From contig QQVM01000021.1 in NCBI GenBank assembly GCA_003389385.1, positions 7,299-71,298 on the forward strand: a stretch of DNA of 64,000 bases, read 5' to 3'. Origin of the DNA: Bacteroidota bacterium (lineage in GTDB: Bacteria > Bacteroidota > Bacteroidia > AKYH767-A > 2013-40CM-41-45). The notes under the pieces were generated by a model. That model made no database searches. It saw only the letters and a list, made by a program, of their open reading frames with translations, and was not told the origin of the DNA. The position numbers and the translations under genes are program-made. This document shows positions 58,775 through 64,000 of this stretch, piece after piece (the first letter of the stretch is position 1; every line of letters starts with the position of its first letter).

Positions 58775-61573
58775 ATGAAAAGACTTATCCTGATTATCGC
58801 CGTTTTCTTATGGGTGAATCCACTCTTTGCCCAAAATGAGCTTAATGCAAAACTTCCTGTTGATCCGCAGGTCAGAACCGGTACTTTGCCCAATGGGATG
58901 AAATATTATGTCAGAAAGAACAGCAAGCCGGAAAACAGGGCTGAGTTCCGTCTCGCAGTGAATGCAGGTTCCACTTCCGAAAGCGATGACCAGCAAGGCC
59001 TGGCTCACTTTGTAGAGCATATGGCTTTCAACGGTACAAAGAATTTTAAGAAAAGTGAAATTGTCGATTACCTTGAAAGTGTTGGAACAAAATTTGGAGC
59101 GCACCTGAATGCATACACAAGTTTTGATGAGACTGTTTATATGTTGCAATTGCCGACGGACAAGCCGGAGATCGTTGAGAAAGGCCTGCAGATCCTGGAG
59201 GACTGGGCTGTGAATCTGTTGTTTGATTCAGTCGAAGTGGAAAAAGAAAGAGGTGTGGTTGTCGAAGAGTGGCGCCTTGGACAGGGAGCTGATGAAAGAA
59301 TGAGAAGGAAATACTGGCCTATAGTATTTCGCGACTCTCGCTATGCAGTCAGACTTCCTATTGGGAAAAAGGAAATTATTGAAGGCTGCCGCCATGAACG
59401 TTTAGTCACTTTCTATAAGGATTGGTATCGCCCTGATTTGATGGCACTTGTTGCTGTCGGTGATTTTGATCCTGTAAAAATGGAAGAAACCATTATCAGG
59501 CAATTTTCAGATATTCCTGCCGTTAAGAATCCAAAACCAGTAGGGGTTTATAACATTCCTGACAACAATGAAATATTGGTTGCTACTGCGACAGACAAGG
59601 AAGCGGCATATACAGTAGTTCAGGCTTTTTACAAGCAGCCAAGAGAAATTTATAGAACGGTGGAGGACTATCGCAGAAATATTGCGCAAAATCTTTTTAC
59701 TTCCATGTTAAATGCCCGATTGAATGAGCTTCAGCGTGAAGCAGATCCTCCGTTCATGTATTCTTCTGTAGGTTATGGAGATCTTGTCAGGACAACTTTT
59801 GCATTTCAGTCCTTTGCAGTTTGCAGGGAAGACGGAATTGAAAGGGCATTGCAGACTCTTGTTGGTGAAATCGAGCGGGTAAGAAGATTCGGATTTACAG
59901 AATCCGAATTGAAAAGACAGAAAGAGGAAGCCAGAAGTAATATTGAAAAGGCATACAATGAGAGAAATAAAACTGAGAGCAGGAATTTCGCCAGAGAATA
60001 CGTGAGCAATTACCTGTCTGAGGAGCCAATACCAGGAATTGAATTTGAAAGATCTGTTTACCAGAAATACCTCGACGGGATAAGCCTCGCTGAGATTAAT
60101 GCATTTGCCGGAAAATGGATCAGCACCGACGGTAAAAATTGTGTAGTGATAGTCACTGCGCCTGAAAAAGAAAGCACCAAAATGCCAACAGATGAGAGAA
60201 TCAAGGAAATTATGACCAAAGCCGCAACTCTTGATTTGAAAGCTTATGTTGACGCCGTTGTAGATCAGCCTCTCATTACAGCTACACTTCCGGGATCAAA
60301 AGTTGTTAAAAACAACAGGGTGGAAGAATTCAACATCACAGAACTGACGCTCGGCAATGGCGTGAGGATTGTCCTCAAGCCTACAGATTTTAAGAATGAT
60401 GAAATCCTATTTACATCATATAGCTGGGGGGGCTGGTCGCTATACCCTGAAAAAGACCATTGGTCAGCTACATACGCAGACAAGGTTGTAGATGAATCAG
60501 GAGTTGGAGCGTTTAATGCAAATGCCATGGAAAAACTTCTTGCGGGCAAGATAGTGAGCATGACGCCTTTCATCAGCGAACTTCAGCAGGGAATGAATGG
60601 AAGTTGCGCTCCTAAAGATCTCGAAACATTGATGCAACTTATATATACTTATTTCACAGATCCTCGTAAAGATCCAGAGGCTTTTGCATCTGTCATGGAA
60701 AAGCAAAAAGGGGTGCTTAAAAACAGGAACTCAGATCCACAGTCTGTATTCATGGATTCAGTTGTATTTTATATGTCAGGTTCCAATCCGAGATTTCGCC
60801 CGCCAAGTGCCGAGTTGCTTAATAATGTGGATCATGATCGCTTGTTCAGCATATATAAAGAAAGATTTTCAGATGCATCCGGATTCACCTTTGTATTTGT
60901 CGGCAATTTCAATACTGATTCCATCAGGATAATGGCAGAGAAGTACCTTGGTAGTTTGCCATCATCAAATAAAAATGAAAAGTGGCAAAACATTAACGCA
61001 ACATACCCTAAAGGTAAATTTGAAAAAACAATTAGAAAAGGAATCGAACCGAAGGCGGTTGTTGTGATGAGATTTAATCATCCTTTCGAGTTCAACAGGA
61101 ACAACCGAAATGAAGTGAATGCCTTGCTAAAGCTCGTGAACATAAGACTTCGTGAAGTGATGAGAGAAGATAAGAGTGGAGTATACGGCGTGAGTTGTTT
61201 TGCCAGCCCTAAGAATTATCCTTCACAGAATCTTGAACTTACCATATTTTTCGGCTGCTCTCCTGATAATGTGAATTTGCTTGTCGAGTCTGCACTGAAA
61301 GTGATAGATGAAGTGAAAACTCAGGGTTGTGAGGAGAAGAATCTTGTCAAGATTAAAGAAACTGCAATCCGTGAACGTGAGATAAACCTCAAAGAAAATC
61401 AGTTTTGGCTGAATACAATTTCTTCATCATATCAGAACAATGAAAAGATTACAGAGCTGAACGAATACAATACCTGGGTCAATAAACTTACTACTGCGGA
61501 TTTGAAAAACTTTGCCAATAAATACCTGAAATCTGAAAATTACGCGAAGTTTGTTTTGATGCCTGAAAAATAG
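58775..61573 (+). CDS. M16 family zinc protease (PqqL-like)
   Basis: Signal peptide, HFVEHMAFNGT (HxxEH), NAYTSFDETVY, RLPIG, LREVMRE..SGVY. Confidence 0.92.
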   Translation: MKRLILIIAVFLWVNPLFAQNELNAKLPVDPQVRTGTLPNGMKYYVRKNSKPENRAEFRLAVNAGSTSESDDQQGLAHFVEHMAFNGTKNFKKSEIVDYLESVGTKFGAHLNAYTSFDETVYMLQLPTDKPEIVEKGLQILEDWAVNLLFDSVEVEKERGVVVEEWRLGQGADERMRRKYWPIVFRDSRYAVRLPIGKKEIIEGCRHERLVTFYKDWYRPDLMALVAVGDFDPVKMEETIIRQFSDIPAVKNPKPVGVYNIPDNNEILVATATDKEAAYTVVQAFYKQPREIYRTVEDYRRNIAQNLFTSMLNARLNELQREADPPFMYSSVGYGDLVRTTFAFQSFAVCREDGIERALQTLVGEIERVRRFGFTESELKRQKEEARSNIEKAYNERNKTESRNFAREYVSNYLSEEPIPGIEFERSVYQKYLDGISLAEINAFAGKWISTDGKNCVVIVTAPEKESTKMPTDERIKEIMTKAATLDLKAYVDAVVDQPLITATLPGSKVVKNNRVEEFNITELTLGNGVRIVLKPTDFKNDEILFTSYSWGGWSLYPEKDHWSATYADKVVDESGVGAFNANAMEKLLAGKIVSMTPFISELQQGMNGSCAPKDLETLMQLIYTYFTDPRKDPEAFASVMEKQKGVLKNRNSDPQSVFMDSVVFYMSGSNPRFRPPSAELLNNVDHDRLFSIYKERFSDASGFTFVFVGNFNTDSIRIMAEKYLGSLPSSNKNEKWQNINATYPKGKFEKTIRKGIEPKAVVVMRFNHPFEFNRNNRNEVNALLKLVNIRLREVMREDKSGVYGVSCFASPKNYPSQNLELTIFFGCSPDNVNLLVESALKVIDEVKTQGCEEKNLVKIKETAIREREINLKENQFWLNTISSSYQNNEKITELNEYNTWVNKLTTADLKNFANKYLKSENYAKFVLMPEK

Positions 61574-61589
61574 TCTTCAGAAAATATCG

Positions 61590-61621
61590 AAAATGCCCGG
61601 ACTCAGGTCCGGGCATTTTTT
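61590..61621. terminator. Bidirectional terminator with the miaA stop codon in its loop
   Basis: AAAATGCCCGGAC-TCAG-GTCCGGGCATTTT, 13-bp perfect stem. Confidence 0.85.
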
Positions 61622-62517
61622 ATTTGGTACTCTGCATATCGGATCATTTCCTGATGATCATCATACCTGATCCATTTCGAATCTTTGTCTCTGCGCAGCC
61701 AGGTCATTTGTCTTTTCGCATAGTTCCTGCTGTGTTGTTTGATTAGACTGATTGCCTCGTCCAAACTTATCTCCTTGTCAATGAATCTGAAAATTTCATT
61801 GTATCCGACGGTTTTCATTGAATTGAATTCCCGGAATTTCTGAAGTTTTAAAGTTTCTTCAAGTAATCCATTTTTCACCATCATGTCAACTCTTTCATCA
61901 ATTCGACGATACAATTCCTCCCTTTCAATTTCCAGAATTATCTGGATGATTTCAAAATTCCTTTTTGAGATTTTTCTGGTTCTGAAAGTAGAGTAGGGCA
62001 GACCCGAAATCTGGCATACTTCTATTGCCCTGATCAACCTTTGCGGATTTGAAGTGTCTACCTCATGATAAAAATCCGGATCCAGGTCTCGAAGCATTTC
62101 CTGTAATTTCACAATGCCGTATTCGGCATATATGCTGTTTAGTTCTGCCCTGATTTTTTCGTCGGAGCCTGGCAGTTCATCCATTCCATAACATACTGCA
62201 TTGACATATAATCCGCTTCCGCCGGTCATAATTGCAACATCGTACTTGACGAAAAGCTTTTCCAATAGTAACAATACATCCTTCTCAAACTGTCTTGCAT
62301 TATAATTCTGATCCGGTTCAAGATGATCAATAAAGTGGTGTCTGACCTCTTTCATTTCACCTGTATCCGGCTTTGCAGTTGCAATATCAAGCCCTTTATA
62401 AAATTGTCGTGAGTCCGAATTGATTATCTCACATCCGAAGTGTTTTGCCAGGCTAATCGCTGCAGCGGTTTTCCCGCTTGCAGTTGGTCCTTTGATGATT
62501 AATAGCTTTTTCATCAT
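61603..62517 (-). CDS. miaA: tRNA dimethylallyltransferase
   Basis: GPTASGKT, DSRQFY, GGSGLY, RLIRAIEV, YAKRQMTW. Confidence 0.96.
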   Translation of the reverse strand: MMKKLLIIKGPTASGKTAAAISLAKHFGCEIINSDSRQFYKGLDIATAKPDTGEMKEVRHHFIDHLEPDQNYNARQFEKDVLLLLEKLFVKYDVAIMTGGSGLYVNAVCYGMDELPGSDEKIRAELNSIYAEYGIVKLQEMLRDLDPDFYHEVDTSNPQRLIRAIEVCQISGLPYSTFRTRKISKRNFEIIQIILEIEREELYRRIDERVDMMVKNGLLEETLKLQKFREFNSMKTVGYNEIFRFIDKEISLDEAISLIKQHSRNYAKRQMTWLRRDKDSKWIRYDDHQEMIRYAEYQIKNART

Positions 62518-62525
62518 ATGAAATG

Positions 62526-62550
62526 AAAAAACCCTCCGGTCAGAGGGTTT
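62526..62550 (-). terminator. Probable terminator upstream of miaA
   Basis: On the - strand: AAACCCTC-TGACCG-GAGGGTTTTTT. Confidence 0.65.
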
Positions 62551-62573
62551 GAGAAATGTATTAATAGAAACTT

Positions 62574-63227
62574 CTATCTGAAATCTTCGCTTTCATCTCC
62601 AATTTCATCATCCATCATATCACCATCCGCTGTTTCAAATTCTTCGGAGTCGTCAGAGTCACTGTCAACGAAATCCACGGGCTTCTCTTCACCAATTGGA
62701 ATATCTTCATCATCTGTCCCCAAAACTTCCTCTTCTCTTTCCTCTTCTTCATCTTCATCAATGTCTTCGTCCAAATCACTTTCAAAATCTTCCGGAACAG
62801 GAATAGCAGCTGCACTTGCTGATGCGTATTGTTTCGGAGCTTCGTTCACCGCTCGCACACATCTTGGATAGCTGGCTATCATTTCCTCCTGCGGGAGAAT
62901 TTTGATAAGCTCAATGTGAAACATCCATTTATTTTCCTCATCGAATATGTAGAGGAATTTCTGATGAGGATCATATATAAAATCAGACATTCTGAATTTG
63001 CCAAGCTTTATTTCTGATTCCTGCTCATCAGCTTGTACTCCTATTTGTTTGCCCTTTTTCCAGTTGTCATCGCTGATGTAAAAACTCGCTTCCTTGCTCG
63101 CGTCAAATCCAACTGCAAGCTGAATTGCATGATGGAAATCTTCAAAACTTTGTGAAGGTCTGATTTCTATGTCTCTTGAAACATCGTCATAATCCTCAAA
63201 TGTTACACGGAATCTGTAAATCGCCAT
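62574..63227 (-). CDS. pRiA4b ORF3 / IS1096-passenger TnpR-like domain protein with acidic tail
   Basis: YRFRV...RDIEI...FEDFH.AI..A.GFD, KFLYIFD...W.F.IEL; D/E-rich C-terminus. Confidence 0.7.
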   Translation of the reverse strand: MAIYRFRVTFEDYDDVSRDIEIRPSQSFEDFHHAIQLAVGFDASKEASFYISDDNWKKGKQIGVQADEQESEIKLGKFRMSDFIYDPHQKFLYIFDEENKWMFHIELIKILPQEEMIASYPRCVRAVNEAPKQYASASAAAIPVPEDFESDLDEDIDEDEEEEREEEVLGTDDEDIPIGEEKPVDFVDSDSDDSEEFETADGDMMDDEIGDESEDFR

Positions 63228-63297
63228 GATTGTTTGTTCTGAATTATTCTATTGTAAATATAATGTTTTTTAAATAAAAAATCCTGATTGAAGTATT

Positions 63298-64000
63298 CTA
63301 TAGTTTTTCATCCGGAACTTTCAGTTTAAGTCCGAGTTCAGCGCCCTTTTGAAGCATGAATGCATGTGCTTCGTCATAATTGTTATTGATTTCCCCTTCC
63401 ATAATCGCTTCACGAATGGCGTTCTTGATCAGGCCAACCTCCTTGCCTGGTGCGAGTCCGAAGGTCATCATGATCATTTCCCCGGTAACCGGCGGTTGCC
63501 AGTTTCGCACTCTGTCTTTTTCTTCAACTTCAATAAGCTTTTCCTGCACTATCCGGAAATTTTCTTTATACTTTTTTATTTTATATTCATTCTTTGTGGT
63601 GATATCAGCTTTACAAAGAATCATCAGCGATTCGATATCATCACCGGCATCAAACAAAAGTCTCCTGATTGCAGAGTCTGTCACAAAATCTTTTGCCAGT
63701 ACAATTGGCCGCAAATGAAGCTGTACCATTTTTTCTACGAACTTCATCTTTTCATTCATTGGGAGCTTTAGCTGCCGGAAAATTCCTTTCACCATTCTGG
63801 CACCTTTGTCTTCATGCCCGTGAAATGTCCAACCATGCTCTTCGTCGTACTTCTTTGTTGCAGGTTTTGCGATATCATGAAGAATCGCAGACCACCGAAG
63901 CCACAGATCACCTGATTCTTTTGCCACATTGTCAAGCACCTGTAAGGTGTGATAGAAGTTGTCCTTATGGCCCCGTCCGTATTTATATTCTACACCATGC
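63298..64000 (-). CDS. CCA tRNA nucleotidyltransferase, HD-domain C-terminal part (5' end outside the window)
   Basis: [42 protein letters not shown]; reading frame stays open to the window edge. Confidence 0.88.
   Translation of the reverse strand, partial: HGVEYKYGRGHKDNFYHTLQVLDNVAKESGDLWLRWSAILHDIAKPATKKYDEEHGWTFHGHEDKGARMVKGIFRQLKLPMNEKMKFVEKMVQLHLRPIVLAKDFVTDSAIRRLLFDAGDDIESLMILCKADITTKNEYKIKKYKENFRIVQEKLIEVEEKDRVRNWQPPVTGEMIMMTFGLAPGKEVGLIKNAIREAIMEGEINNNYDEAHAFMLQKGAELGLKLKVPDEKL

Noticed and set aside
62574-63227. Insertion sequence implied by the TnpR-like domain
   Set aside because: No transposase, terminal inverted repeats or target duplication seen

Overview
Bacteroidota chromosome segment, identified by TAnnTTTG promoter boxes, an LpxC-FabZ fusion, PorX, a T9SS type-B cargo protein and a DAHP synthase-chorismate mutase fusion. 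Bases 1-14k hold the core tRNA(Thr,Tyr,Gly,Thr)-tuf-tRNA(Trp)-secE-nusG-rplKAJL-rpoBC cluster. Bases 14-48k are mostly housekeeping and envelope genes: patatin, LolC/E, NamZ, three tandem DUF1573 genes, porX, an HD hydrolase, lipid A genes, tsaE, ald, aro, purKE, hpt-adk-obgE and pafA. Bases 48-57k are more accessory-like. They carry a 1578-aa PKD/Ig-repeat T9SS protein, then a terminator-bounded module of an alpha-oxoamine-synthase (AONS/CqsA-fold) enzyme with a structured 5' leader, a stand-alone receiver, a 6-TM histidine kinase and a small unknown ORF. This module is the best candidate for an undescribed system, possibly a Cqs/Lqs-like small-molecule signalling circuit. The window ends with M14 and M16 peptidases, miaA, an acidic-tailed protein and a partial CCA-adding enzyme. 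No CRISPR array, rRNA, IS element or prophage was seen. All calls come from manual motif reading; no database searches were run.
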